Shown: positions 18,593 through 28,481, numbered from the stretch's first letter. The stretch: 64,000 nt of DNA from an uncultured Gammaproteobacteria bacterium (GCA_964435035.1 CAYSXR010000003.1:19553-83552); one strand, 5' to 3'. Translations and numbers: made by a program. Notes: generated by a model not told the origin, from the letters alone.

Positions 18593-19498
18593 TTAGGATT
18601 TGTCAATCGTGAATGATGTTTTAATCACACGATCATTTCCCATTCCATCTTTGTACACTTCTATTTTTGAATTGGGAAAATTATGTTGAATGTAATTAGA
18701 AAGTTTTGTGGTTTGCGAGGGGTCGATTTCGAAAAATGCAGAAATTTTGAAATTAGAAAATTGAGAAATTAAATTTTTAATTTGATCGAGTAATTCTTTG
18801 TATAATTTGAGTCCATCCTCTTCTGCAACAAGCGCTGAAATAGGTTCATGTTGTATTGTGGGCTCAGTATCAAATTGCTCTTGCGTGAGGTAGGGGAGAT
18901 TGGCAGTGAGTATCAATGAACAATTATCAATTATCAATGAACAATTTTTGATAATAGGTTCAAGGAGGTTGCCTTGGAGAAAGGTAATATTAGCGTTGTG
19001 TTTTTGTGCATTTTTGCGAGCGATTTTAAGTGCATGTTTGGAGATGTCAGTTGCGTATGTGAAGATTGAAGATTGAAGATTGGAAGATTTTAGAATTGAG
19101 ATGGGGATGCAGGCTGAACCGGTGCCTACGTCAATCAAAATTATATTTCTTCGACCCTCAACCCCCTCCTGTCCTCCCCCTAAAAGGGGGAGGGACGCTA
19201 CGGCATGTTCAACCAAAACTTCAGTTTCTGGACGAGGGACGAGTGTGTATTTGTTTACGATGAAGTCTAATCCGTAAAATCCTTTTCGTCCGGTGAGATG
19301 AGCATAGGGGATTCCTTGTGATCGCAATCGGGTAAGACGATTCATTTTCCAATATTGTATTCGGGTGACTTTGTATTCTGGATGTGCAATGATAAACTCA
19401 CGAGGCTTTTTGAGCACGTGCGCCAGTAAAATTTCAGCGTCGAAGCGGTCGATTTTTTTTGTCGCGTTTTGTAGAATTTTAGAAATTTGATGAGTCAT
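18593..19498 (-). CDS. prmC: Release factor glutamine N5-methyltransferase PrmC (HemK), carrying an in-frame ~10-aa insertion encoded by a GC-rich palindromic repeat.
   Basis: SAM-binding ILIDVGTGSACI and TANLPY (NPPY-like) motifs. Immediately downstream of prfA. Confidence 0.8.
   Translation of the reverse strand: MTHQISKILQNATKKIDRFDAEILLAHVLKKPREFIIAHPEYKVTRIQYWKMNRLTRLRSQGIPYAHLTGRKGFYGLDFIVNKYTLVPRPETEVLVEHAVASLPLLGGGQEGVEGRRNIILIDVGTGSACIPISILKSSNLQSSIFTYATDISKHALKIARKNAQKHNANITFLQGNLLEPIIKNCSLIIDNCSLILTANLPYLTQEQFDTEPTIQHEPISALVAEEDGLKLYKELLDQIKNLISQFSNFKISAFFEIDPSQTTKLSNYIQHNFPNSKIEVYKDGMGNDRVIKTSFTIDKS
19155..19197. repeat. GC-rich palindromic element copy 1 (…CTCCTGTCCTCCCCCTAAAAGGGGGAGGGAC…) inside the prmC coding sequence.
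   Basis: Near-identical to 60313-60347 (…CCCTCCCCTAAGAGGGGAGGGAAT…). Encodes LLGGGQEGVEG within PrmC. Confidence 0.5.
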
Positions 19499-19577
19499 AG
19501 AAAAATAAAGATTATAAGATTGTAAGATTTATTATAACTAATCTTTTAATCTTATAATCTTTTAGTCCTCGGTTAAT

Positions 19578-20636
19578 TTAGGTGTCCAGTTCTTTGTAAT
19601 CCTCAGTGCGAATCGCTTCTATTACTGGCTCCAAATTTCCATTCATAATTTCTGGAATATTGTTCCAGCTTTGGTGTATGCGATGGTCGGTGATTCGGTC
19701 TTGAGGAATATTATATGTCCGTATTTTTTCACTGCGGTCGCCGGTTCCAATTTGGCTTTTTCGTTTTGCATCGAGTGCCGCTTGTTTCTTTTCCCGCTCC
19801 ATTTCATAGAGACGTGCACGGAGTACGTTCATTGCTTTGATTCTATTTTGAATTTGCGATCTCTCGTCTTGGCACTGTGCGACGAGTCCACTCGGGATGT
19901 GAGTGATGCGCACGGCACTGTAGGTAGTGTTTACACTTTGTCCACCTTTTCCACCTGCACAAAAGGTATCGATTCGAAGATCACTAGGATTGATTTCTAC
20001 TTCAGTTTCTTCAATTTCAGGTAATATTGCAACACTTGCAGTCGAGGTGTGGATTCTTCCACTTTTTTCAGTTTCTGGGATACGTTGTACACGGTGTACA
20101 CCCATTTCATATTTCATGTCTTTGTATACATTCTGTCCTTCCATTGAAAATATGACTTCTTTGTATCCACCGATTCCGATTTGGTGTTCATCAATCAAAA
20201 ATGTTTTCCATTTTTTATTTTCTGCATAGCGCATATACATACGAAGTAGGTCACCTGCAAATAGTGCAGCCTCGTCTCCACCAGCTCCGGCGCGGATTTC
20301 AATAATAACGTTTTTCTTATCCATCGGGTCGCTTGGACGTGTCGCCTCAGCAAGTGTTTTTTCGAGTGATTCTCTTTGTGTAATAAGCGTTGGAAGTTCG
20401 GATTCTGCAAGAGTTACTAGATCAGGATCTTCGGCTGCTTTTATTAATGCTTCGTATTCTGTAATTGTTGATTCATTCTTTTCTAATTCAGTAATATGTT
20501 CGACCGCAGATTTCAATTCATTATATTCTTGAGACACTGATTTCAATTTTTTTTGGTCACCAAGAATAGCCGGATTTTGTAGATCTGCTTCGAGTGAGAG
20601 ATATTTTGTTTTTAAGTCGATGTATTTTTGAAGCAT
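19578..20636 (-). CDS. prfA: Peptide chain release factor 1.
   Basis: GGQ motif ([11 protein letters not shown]), RF-1 domain architecture, adjacent prmC. Confidence 0.9.
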   Translation of the reverse strand: MLQKYIDLKTKYLSLEADLQNPAILGDQKKLKSVSQEYNELKSAVEHITELEKNESTITEYEALIKAAEDPDLVTLAESELPTLITQRESLEKTLAEATRPSDPMDKKNVIIEIRAGAGGDEAALFAGDLLRMYMRYAENKKWKTFLIDEHQIGIGGYKEVIFSMEGQNVYKDMKYEMGVHRVQRIPETEKSGRIHTSTASVAILPEIEETEVEINPSDLRIDTFCAGGKGGQSVNTTYSAVRITHIPSGLVAQCQDERSQIQNRIKAMNVLRARLYEMEREKKQAALDAKRKSQIGTGDRSEKIRTYNIPQDRITDHRIHQSWNNIPEIMNGNLEPVIEAIRTEDYKELDT

Positions 20637-20802
20637 AGGACATGCGAATTACGAATGGTACGAATTTACGAATATGAGAGAAGAGAACTAATCCGTTCCA
20701 ATCCGTTAAATCCGTGTTATCCGTGTTCTATTAAACGTTAGTATACTCATAAACAGTAAACAAAAACAGGCCTAAGATGACCTGTCTTTTTAATTACGAT
20801 AG

Positions 20803-21141
20803 CTAGGCTGCTTTTGGTTTTGCGTCTTCTTTTGCTTGTCTGGCAGTTGCTCGTGCAGCAGTTTTTACTTTCTTTCCTTTGCGAGTTTCTGAGGCAGCTT
20901 TTTGTCTTTCTGCTTTTTCTTTGAATTTTTCTACGCGGCGTGCAGTGTCTACAAACACCTGCTTACCCGTGAAGAATGGGTGAGAAGCAGATGAAATTTC
21001 AATATTGATTTCGTAATGTTTTACACCATCAATTTCTCGGGTTTTTTCCGATTTGAGGGTTGAAGTGGTGATAAATTCAGCATTTCCTGAATTATCGATA
21101 AATACCACTGGATGTACGTCTGGATGAGTTTTTTGTTTCAT
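20803..21141 (-). CDS. rpmE: 50S ribosomal protein L31 (non-zinc type B) with a Lys/Ala-rich C-terminal extension.
   Basis: HPFFTGKQ signature. No CxxC pairs. Tail RKGKKVKTAARATARQAKEDAKPKAA. Confidence 0.8.
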   Translation of the reverse strand: MKQKTHPDVHPVVFIDNSGNAEFITTSTLKSEKTREIDGVKHYEINIEISSASHPFFTGKQVFVDTARRVEKFKEKAERQKAASETRKGKKVKTAARATARQAKEDAKPKAA

Positions 21142-21340
21142 ACCTTTTTCAAGTCAAATAATAGTAAGCCGGAGTATATCAGTAGACTGTTAGATTGTCA
21201 AGGGCATGTTAAGACATATTTCGTCTTGACAAAAAATGCTTAATTATGTACACTTTGGCTACTTTTATTAATCCCTCAGCTGGGACATATTTTCCTCTGG
21301 TGGCCATTCCATCGGTAGTCTCCGGCGAGGTTAAAGGAAA

Positions 21341-22129
21341 ATGTTTATGAAATACCCTAGCATTCTCGAAATGCTTCAGTCTGGAGTTCATTTCGGACAC
21401 AAGAATTCACGATGGCATCCTAAGATGAAGCCATTCATCTTTACGGAGCGCAATCAGGTGCATATTATCAATCTTGAGGAGACAGAGAAACAGTTGAAAG
21501 AAGTATTGCCTCTCGTCAAATCTATGGCTGCAGAAGGTAAGAAGATTTTGTTTGTAACAACGAAGCCTCAGGCGCGTGAAATTGTAAAAGCTGCGGCACT
21601 CGACTGTAACATGCCATTCCTTACTGAGCGATGGCTTGGTGGAATGATTACCAATTTTTCTGAAATCAAAAAGCTTATTCGCCGCTACGTAGAAATGAAG
21701 GACAAACAGGCAAAAGGCGAACTTGGACACTATACTAAAAAAGAACAACTTGAGATCGCGAAAGATCTTGAGAAAAAAGATGGATATTTGGGAGGTTTGG
21801 CTACACTTACTCGTATGCCTGATGTCATCTTTATCCCTTCAATGCAGCGAGAAAAAACTGCGGTGACTGAAGCAAACAGCATGGGAGTTGAAATTATCGG
21901 AGTTTGTGATACGAATGCAAACCCTGATAAGGCAACGTACGTAATTCCTGCGAATGATGACGCGGTCAAATCAATCGAAATGATTGTGGGGCTTGTGCGT
22001 GATGCGATCAAGGAAGGTAATGTTGAATTCGAAAAAGCAAATGCAGCACGAATTGCTGCACAGCCAAAACCAGTAGTAAAGAAAAAGGTTGAAGCTGAAG
22101 CAGCGCCTGTCGTTATTGCAAGCTCTTAA
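21341..22129 (+). CDS. rpsB: 30S ribosomal protein S2.
   Basis: MLQSGVHFGHKNSRWHPKMKPFIF N-terminus. Conserved rpsB-tsf pairing. Confidence 0.9.
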   Translation: MFMKYPSILEMLQSGVHFGHKNSRWHPKMKPFIFTERNQVHIINLEETEKQLKEVLPLVKSMAAEGKKILFVTTKPQAREIVKAAALDCNMPFLTERWLGGMITNFSEIKKLIRRYVEMKDKQAKGELGHYTKKEQLEIAKDLEKKDGYLGGLATLTRMPDVIFIPSMQREKTAVTEANSMGVEIIGVCDTNANPDKATYVIPANDDAVKSIEMIVGLVRDAIKEGNVEFEKANAARIAAQPKPVVKKKVEAEAAPVVIASS

Positions 22130-22263
22130 ATTTTTCTTTAATCGTGTATACTAATGGAACACGGATTGAGCGGATTGAGCGGAATTGGAACGAATGAATT
22201 CTGTCCAAACTCTGTCAAATTCTGTGTGATCCGTGTTCTATTTGATTTATAACCTAATATAGT

Positions 22264-22914
22264 ATGTCTATTAATGCTTCTGACATTGCAAAACTCCGTG
22301 CGCAGACTGGCGCCGGCATTCTTGATTGTAAAAAGGCTCTTGAAGAAACAAATGGAGACTTTGAAGCAGCGATTGATTGGCTTCGCAAAAAAGGCGCTGC
22401 CAAGGCTGCAAAGCGTGCTGATAAAATAGCTGCTGAAGGAAAAATCTTTACCTATCTTCATGGTGCTGGAAAAATTGGTGTCATGCTTGAGCTTAACTCT
22501 GAAACAGATTTTGTTGCAGGAAATGAAAAATTTATAGAACTTGGACAAAGTATCGCGCTTCATATTGCTGCAATGAATCCAAAGTATCTTTCACGAGAAG
22601 AAGTATCTACTGAAGATCTCGCTCGCGAATCTGCCGTGTATCGTGATCAGCTGGTAGCTGAAGGAAAACCAGCGGAGATGATTGAGAAGATTTTGGTAGG
22701 TAAAATGGGAAAATATTACTCTGAAGTTTGTTTGCTTGAACAGGCCTTCATCAAAGATGAAGAAAAAACAATTGAACAGCTTCTCACTGCTGCAACGGGA
22801 GAAATTGGAGAGAAAATTAGTCTCAGACGTTTTGCACGATTTGAAGTAGGAGAAGGAATTGCAAAGAAGCAAACTGATTTTGTAGCAGAAGTACAGGAAC
22901 AGATGGGCGGTTAA
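22264..22914 (+). CDS. tsf: Elongation factor Ts.
   Basis: MSINASDIAKLRAQTGAGILDCKKALEE UBA-like N-terminus. 216 aa. Confidence 0.9.
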   Translation: MSINASDIAKLRAQTGAGILDCKKALEETNGDFEAAIDWLRKKGAAKAAKRADKIAAEGKIFTYLHGAGKIGVMLELNSETDFVAGNEKFIELGQSIALHIAAMNPKYLSREEVSTEDLARESAVYRDQLVAEGKPAEMIEKILVGKMGKYYSEVCLLEQAFIKDEEKTIEQLLTAATGEIGEKISLRRFARFEVGEGIAKKQTDFVAEVQEQMGG

Positions 22915-22928
22915 ACTATAGATTTTTT

Positions 22929-23786
22929 ATGAAGAATTTTTTCTTTGTTTTGTCGTTTTCATTGCTGGTGAGCGGATGTTCAATTACCTCATCTTCTTTA
23001 GTTTCTCGGAATAGTGCAGATACTAATACATCTGACTTGAATCAGGAATACTTAATGGCTCCTGCTTCACTTTTTGATCCTGATGCAGAGGAAATCGTGC
23101 AAAAAATTAATCCCCAAATGAATCAAGGGTCGCTTGAACAGTATATGGGGTACGTTTGGTGGATTACTCCGGATGAATTTAATATTTTTATCCAAAATAC
23201 ACCGGGCACTTCTATCTCAGTGTCTAATCAATCTGCTAATGACTTTGAGACTGTCTTTCAGAGAGTAGTGGATAATACTGATAAGATTCTTTTGGAAGAA
23301 GGTTTTATTGTTAATACGCGTAATTCTTCGGAGAATCTGAAGGATGATATTTTTTATGATTATGTACGTGGATATGAAAATACGAAAAAAGGGCTTGTTT
23401 GTACGCTAACGCTTGATGGAGATACATATCGACTTTCAGAATCAGTAGCTCCTACGGATGGTCAGGGTTTTACATTTAGTTGTTCAACTAGACTCCAAAG
23501 ATCATATAATGAACAAGTTCCATTGTTGCGAGGATTAGACAGAGATCACTCTGGTCTGGTAGTGACTCAAATTGATAAGATGATTGGAGATTTTGTTGTT
23601 GTGAGTCTGCACGGACGAAGAGCTGGAACTCAAGCTGTATTGAAAAAAGAGAATGGTGCATATCACTCAATTTTTTATATGCAGGAGCCACCTTCTTGTG
23701 AAATTGTAGATAAATATAACATTCCAGAAGAAATATACGAAGAATGTTACTTGCCTGATAATATTAGTATCCGAACTCGACAATAA
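22929..23786 (+). CDS. Hypothetical lipoprotein (285 aa).
   Basis: Signal peptide with lipobox LLVSGC. Followed by the hairpin terminator GCAAGGGAAACCTTGC plus a T-run at 23795-23818. Confidence 0.5.
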   Translation: MKNFFFVLSFSLLVSGCSITSSSLVSRNSADTNTSDLNQEYLMAPASLFDPDAEEIVQKINPQMNQGSLEQYMGYVWWITPDEFNIFIQNTPGTSISVSNQSANDFETVFQRVVDNTDKILLEEGFIVNTRNSSENLKDDIFYDYVRGYENTKKGLVCTLTLDGDTYRLSESVAPTDGQGFTFSCSTRLQRSYNEQVPLLRGLDRDHSGLVVTQIDKMIGDFVVVSLHGRRAGTQAVLKKENGAYHSIFYMQEPPSCEIVDKYNIPEEIYEECYLPDNISIRTRQ

Positions 23787-23820
23787 GATAAAAAAGCAAG
23801 GGAAACCTTGCTTTTTTGTT

Positions 23821-24657
23821 TTGGAAATGATACAAGATGCTAGAATTCCTCAATTACAATTTCATACCAGGGGCTGGATCATGAGTACTCAGGCTGCGAA
23901 TTCGTCGACCAACAAGAGTGCAATGGAGTGGAATCGTGCATTCCTTCACGCGGGTGTCATCGGGGTACTCGCCATCGTGGTGGGACAGCTTCTCCCGTTC
24001 ACCGAATGGGAGAAGATCTCCTGGGCTGAGAGGGTCGGATGGGGGCTTACCTTCGTCGATGTCCTGGTGCGCATTCCACTCTACCACTACTTCGTAAAAG
24101 GACGGGAGTGTGAAACACGTCCGTGGCGGGTGAGGGTGAAAAAGATTTTCCTCATACTGGAGGCGCCGTTACTACGCTTCGGTCTGATTCGTGAAGACAG
24201 TGAGCGTGAGTTTCCGACGACAGTGGTCCATGCCACGCTCGGAATTCTCCTTTCGATCGGTATCGGGCTTCCGCTATGGTCTGTCGTCCCCGCTGTTCTC
24301 ATTTTCGGATTCGGTGACCCTGCCGCTCGCCTCGTCGGTGTGCGTATTGGGGGGCGTCTTTTCTGGAAACGTGGGAGCAAGAAGACGTGGTCGGGAGTTC
24401 TCGGGTATTTCTATGTAGGAAGCTTTGCTGGGCTGCTTACAGCATTTCTTCAACCGGAATATCCTCTGTATCCTCCTGAAATTTTTTCTGGAGCACGAAT
24501 CGCAGCTGCTGTGCTCGTCACTGCTGCGGTCGGCGCTTTCTTCGAGTCCATGTGTGAGAAAGACGGTACGTGGTTTTCGAAGATGTTTGATGACAATCTC
24601 GTCGTACCTTTTGTCGGTTCAGTGGCATTCTATGCCATCGCGACTGCTGGGGTCTGA
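23821..24657 (+). CDS. Polytopic membrane protein resembling CTP-dependent polyprenol/dolichol kinase or the phosphatidate cytidylyltransferase superfamily. GC-rich and compositionally foreign.
   Basis: C-terminal FGFGDPAARLVGVRIGGRLFWKRGSKKTWSGVLGYF resembles the G-D-x-x-A...G...K-T-x-G signature of that superfamily. GC about 52%. Followed by a 9-bp perfect hairpin terminator at 24669-24716. Confidence 0.4.
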   Translation: MEMIQDARIPQLQFHTRGWIMSTQAANSSTNKSAMEWNRAFLHAGVIGVLAIVVGQLLPFTEWEKISWAERVGWGLTFVDVLVRIPLYHYFVKGRECETRPWRVRVKKIFLILEAPLLRFGLIREDSEREFPTTVVHATLGILLSIGIGLPLWSVVPAVLIFGFGDPAARLVGVRIGGRLFWKRGSKKTWSGVLGYFYVGSFAGLLTAFLQPEYPLYPPEIFSGARIAAAVLVTAAVGAFFESMCEKDGTWFSKMFDDNLVVPFVGSVAFYAIATAGV

Positions 24658-24803
24658 ACGATTCGTGCCGGACGCTACCTCAAGAGGTTCGTCCGGCATT
24701 CGCTTTTTGTATGCATAACTCTACCTTGACGAATCGACCTTTTTATGGTAGACTGAGTTTATATTAATTCATCCCGATTTATCGGGACCGGACCGCAAAA
24801 GAC

Positions 24804-25187
24804 ATGCCTGCTGCGCGCCCGATAACGAATGCATGTATGCTATCAAAACTAAAGAAGCAGCGTTTAATCACCAAGTATCAGACTCATGAGGGAGATACTG
24901 GTTCTACCGAGGTACAGATCGCTATCCTTACTGCAGAAATCGAGGAGTTGGCGTCACATTTGAAAACACACGCAAAAGACCATTCAAGTCGCCGAGGATT
25001 GCTCCGAAAAGTAGGAGAACGTCGCAGATTGCTCAAATATTTGCAGCGTGAAAACATGGCTTCATACGAGCAGTTGGTCGTGAAACTCAATTTGAAACAA
25101 GCAAAACAGTTTATTGAAATAGAAAAAATCGAAGATGAAGAGGAAGTAGAAGTAGAAACACATGAAGAATCCGAAAAAACAGCTTAA
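24804..25187 (+). CDS. rpsO: 30S ribosomal protein S15 with an acidic C-terminal extension. Alternative start at 24837 (MLSKLKKQ).
   Basis: GDTGSTEVQIAILTAEIEELASHLKTHAKDHSSRRGLLRKVGERRRLLKYL S15 core. The tail EIEKIEDEEEVEVETHEESEKTA overlaps the next gene. Confidence 0.85.
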   Translation: MPAARPITNACMLSKLKKQRLITKYQTHEGDTGSTEVQIAILTAEIEELASHLKTHAKDHSSRRGLLRKVGERRRLLKYLQRENMASYEQLVVKLNLKQAKQFIEIEKIEDEEEVEVETHEESEKTA

Positions 25188-25716
25188 TTATAATCCTTTG
25201 AAACACCCCGATCAACGCGTTGGGGTGTTTATTGATGTGCAGAATATGTATTATTCTGCCAAAAATTTATTTCAGCAGAAGGTAAATTTTGGAGCGATTG
25301 TAAAAGAAGCGGTAGGGAATCGCAAGCTTATTCGAGCGATTGCTTATGTGGTTCGTACTGAAGCTCAGGATGAACAGCCGTTTTTTGAAGCATTGTATAA
25401 TCTTGGAATCGAAACACGTGAAAAGGATTTGCAGATTTTTAGCAGTGGAATGAAAAAAGCTGATTGGGATGTAGGTCTTGCGGTTGATGCAATTCGTCTT
25501 TCTCAGAGTCTTGATGCAATTGTTATTGTGTCAGGAGATGGAGATTATTTACCGCTCGTTGAATATTTACGAAGTATGGGTAAGCAGGTTGAGGTTCTCG
25601 CATTTGGAGAAACCACTTCATCACTTCTAAGAGATTCGGTTGATGATTATATTGATATGAGTGAGAATAAGGAAATGTATTTGATTGCTAATTTTCGAAA
25701 GCGGGTAAAACCATAA
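25162..25716 (+). CDS. NYN-domain (LabA-like, PIN-like) putative ribonuclease.
   Basis: GVFIDVQNMYY ... IVIVSGDGDYLPLV acidic-residue motifs typical of the NYN/LabA family. Located between rpsO and pnp. Confidence 0.65.
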   Translation: MKNPKKQLNYNPLKHPDQRVGVFIDVQNMYYSAKNLFQQKVNFGAIVKEAVGNRKLIRAIAYVVRTEAQDEQPFFEALYNLGIETREKDLQIFSSGMKKADWDVGLAVDAIRLSQSLDAIVIVSGDGDYLPLVEYLRSMGKQVEVLAFGETTSSLLRDSVDDYIDMSENKEMYLIANFRKRVKP

Positions 25717-25805
25717 CATTGATTTAAACTGATTAAGGACAGATTACGCAGAAAATGCGAAATCAAATCAGTTTAAATCCGTATTAATCTGTCTAAATCA
25801 ATGTT
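25715..25805. repeat. MITE-like element copy 2 (91 bp) with AACATTGATT / AATCAATGTT termini. Its left terminal repeat overlaps the NYN gene stop codon.
   Basis: Same termini and internal GATTACGCAG / GTCTAAATC motifs as copies 1 and 3. Confidence 0.6.
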
Positions 25806-25912
25806 TTAATTTAAAGAATGATGGTCGTAGAACATCTAGGTCAGTAAAGTCTATGTCGGACTTCACCAGATCTATCGCTCTATGATCATCGTTCGCTAAT
25901 TATATAGCGACT

Positions 25913-28141
25913 ATGTTACAGCCAAAACAGTGGTCAATTGAGTGGGGTGGTAGAACTCTCACGATTGAGACCGGACGATTTGCACTTCAGGCACTTGCTT
26001 CATGTACCGTAAAATACGGTGACACACTTATTCTTGCGACTGTCATGAGAAGTACTGAGCCACGAGATGGAATTGATTATTTCCCCCTCATGGTAGATTT
26101 TGAAGAAAAATTGTATGCAGCAGGAAGAATTAAGGGCTCTCGTTTTATCAAACGAGAAGGAAGACCAAGTGATGATGCAATTCTTACTGCTCGATTAATT
26201 GATCGTGCAATTCGACCGTTGTTTAATGATGCTACTCGCACTGATGTACAGGTGGTGATTACTCCTCTTTCAGTAGACGGAGAACATGATGCGGCAATTG
26301 TAGGTATGATCGGAGCGTCTGCAGTACTGTCTCTTTCATCGGTACCATGGAATGGTCCGATTGCAGGAGCACGTATTGGAATGGATGAGAATGGTACATT
26401 TATTTTAAATGTTACTTCAACACAAATGGAAGCAAATTCTATGCTTGATTTGTTTGTTGCAGGGACCCCTGAAAAATTAGTGATGGTGGAAGCTGCTGCG
26501 CGTGAAGTTCCTGAATCAGTCGTACTCGAAGCTATGAAATGGGGGAGTAATGAATTGAAACCGGTAGTGGAACTTATTACAAAAATTCAAAAAGAAGTTG
26601 GAAAAGAAAAAGAAATATCAACTCCAGGAGAAATGAGCGACGCAGACCGAGCAAAACAAGCCTTCAAAGAGTACGTCACTTCACAGGTAGAAAGTGTCGT
26701 ATTCAATTCTCCAAAAATTACTCGAGCTGATCGCTATGGAGCACTTGATGCACTCAAAAAAGGTGGAAAAGAACATTTGCTTTCACTTGGTTTTGAATTA
26801 GATGTAATTAAAAAAGCGCTCAATCAAGTAAAGTCGTATGTTGCTGAAGAAGTAACTGCTGCTATTCTGAAAAAGGGCACTCGACTTGATGGACGATCAC
26901 TTACTGAAATTCGTGAATTACAAACTGATATTGATTTGATTCCTCGTGTACATGGTAGTGCCATGTTTATGCGTGGAGATACTCAGGTACTCTCAATTGT
27001 AACTCTCGGAGCTCCGGGCGATGTACAGACACTTGATAGTATGGAAGAAGTGGGAACTAAGCGCTATATGCATCACTATAATGATGCACCATATACCTAT
27101 GGAGAAGTTTCTCCTATTCGTGGACCTGGTCGCCGAGCTATTGGACACGGTGCGCTTGCAGAGCGTGCTCTTGAGCCTGTATTACCTACACAAGCTGATT
27201 TCCCCTATACCATTCGTGTGGTATCAGAAGTAATGGGATCAAATGGTTCGAGTTCAATGGCTTCAACCTGTGGATCAACCATGTCTCTTATGGCAGCGGG
27301 AGTTCCAATTAAAAAAGCTGTAGCTGGAATTGCGATGGGTCTTGCTTCAAATGACAAGGGGGATTGGAAAGTTTTGACTGATTTGCAAGATGTAGAAGAT
27401 GGTCCTGGTGGAATGGATTTCAAAATTGCAGGAACTGCAGACGGTATTACTGCTATTCAGATGGATACCAAAACCAATGGACTTACCTGGGATATTGTTG
27501 ATACTACTATTGCACAAGCACGCGTTGCACGACTTGAAATCCTTGGTGTCATGGCTTTGAAAATTTCTGCTGCTCGACCAGACTTATCTCCATTTGCTCC
27601 TCGCATTGTCACTATTACGATTAATCCAGAACGTATCCGAGATGTGATTGGTCCTGGTGGAAAGACTATTAATAAAATTATTGATGAAACGGGAGTACAG
27701 ATTGATATTGAACAGGATGGACGTGTCATGATTACTTCAAATGATGGTGAGGCAATGAAAAAAGCTGTTGCAATTGTTGAACAATTGACTCATGAAATTA
27801 CTGCAGGGGAAAAGTATGAAGGAAAAGTAAGTCGACTCGAAGATTTTGGAGCATTTGTTGAAATTCTTCCTGGCAAAGATGGGCTTGTACATGTGAGTGA
27901 AATCGCATGGGAGAGGACCAATAAGCCAAGTGATGTTTTGAAACTTGGTGATACGGTGAAAGTACAAGTAAAAGAAATCGACAATCTTGGGCGCGTGAAT
28001 CTTTCAATGAAAGCGTTGCTTCCAAAACCAGAAGGATATGTAGAGCAGCCACGTGAAGAGCGAAGTTTTGCTCCTCGTCGCGGTGGGAATGATCGAGGTG
28101 GATTCCGTGGAGGAAACAGTCGTGGACCTCGAAGACCATAA
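25913..28141 (+). CDS. pnp: Polyribonucleotide nucleotidyltransferase (PNPase).
   Basis: Two RNase PH domains, KH and S1 domains, and an RG-rich tail. Classic rpsO-pnp linkage. Confidence 0.95.
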   Translation: MLQPKQWSIEWGGRTLTIETGRFALQALASCTVKYGDTLILATVMRSTEPRDGIDYFPLMVDFEEKLYAAGRIKGSRFIKREGRPSDDAILTARLIDRAIRPLFNDATRTDVQVVITPLSVDGEHDAAIVGMIGASAVLSLSSVPWNGPIAGARIGMDENGTFILNVTSTQMEANSMLDLFVAGTPEKLVMVEAAAREVPESVVLEAMKWGSNELKPVVELITKIQKEVGKEKEISTPGEMSDADRAKQAFKEYVTSQVESVVFNSPKITRADRYGALDALKKGGKEHLLSLGFELDVIKKALNQVKSYVAEEVTAAILKKGTRLDGRSLTEIRELQTDIDLIPRVHGSAMFMRGDTQVLSIVTLGAPGDVQTLDSMEEVGTKRYMHHYNDAPYTYGEVSPIRGPGRRAIGHGALAERALEPVLPTQADFPYTIRVVSEVMGSNGSSSMASTCGSTMSLMAAGVPIKKAVAGIAMGLASNDKGDWKVLTDLQDVEDGPGGMDFKIAGTADGITAIQMDTKTNGLTWDIVDTTIAQARVARLEILGVMALKISAARPDLSPFAPRIVTITINPERIRDVIGPGGKTINKIIDETGVQIDIEQDGRVMITSNDGEAMKKAVAIVEQLTHEITAGEKYEGKVSRLEDFGAFVEILPGKDGLVHVSEIAWERTNKPSDVLKLGDTVKVQVKEIDNLGRVNLSMKALLPKPEGYVEQPREERSFAPRRGGNDRGGFRGGNSRGPRRP

Positions 28142-28160
28142 TGATTTTAAATAAGCAAAG

Positions 28161-28189
28161 CCCCGTCGTATGGCGGGGTTTTGACTTTT
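28161..28189 (+). terminator. Intrinsic terminator of pnp.
   Basis: CCCCGTCGTATGGCGGGG hairpin followed by a T-run. Confidence 0.55.
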
Positions 28190-28399
28190 GCGTTATTTTT
28201 GAGTATTGTTAGGGCGGGTGAGGTGGATATCAACGTATGTAAGCCGGAGCTCTTCATTGAGTGACGGCGGTGATAGGGTAACGACTCATGTATTGAGGTG
28301 TCCACCCCACCCACTTCAATCAAATATACGCCGCAGTGGTGTCACGTAAAGCGACGTGGTCGCCACGTGACAAAGATTATTTTTTACAATTTAATATAC

Positions 28400-28481
28400 G
28401 CCGCAGTGGTGAAATTGGTATACACGCGTGCCTTAGGAGCACGTACCTTCGGGTGTGAGAGTTCGAGTCTCTCCTGCGGCA
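28400..28481 (+). tRNA. tRNA-Leu (anticodon TAG), class II with a long variable arm. No CCA encoded.
   Basis: Perfect 7-bp acceptor stem GCCGCAG/CTGCGGC. Anticodon stem CGTGC/GCACG with loop CTTAGGA. 13-nt variable arm. T-arm GAGAG-TTCGAGT-CTCTC. The 5' 19 nt including 9 nt of flank is duplicated 70 bp upstream. Confidence 0.8.
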
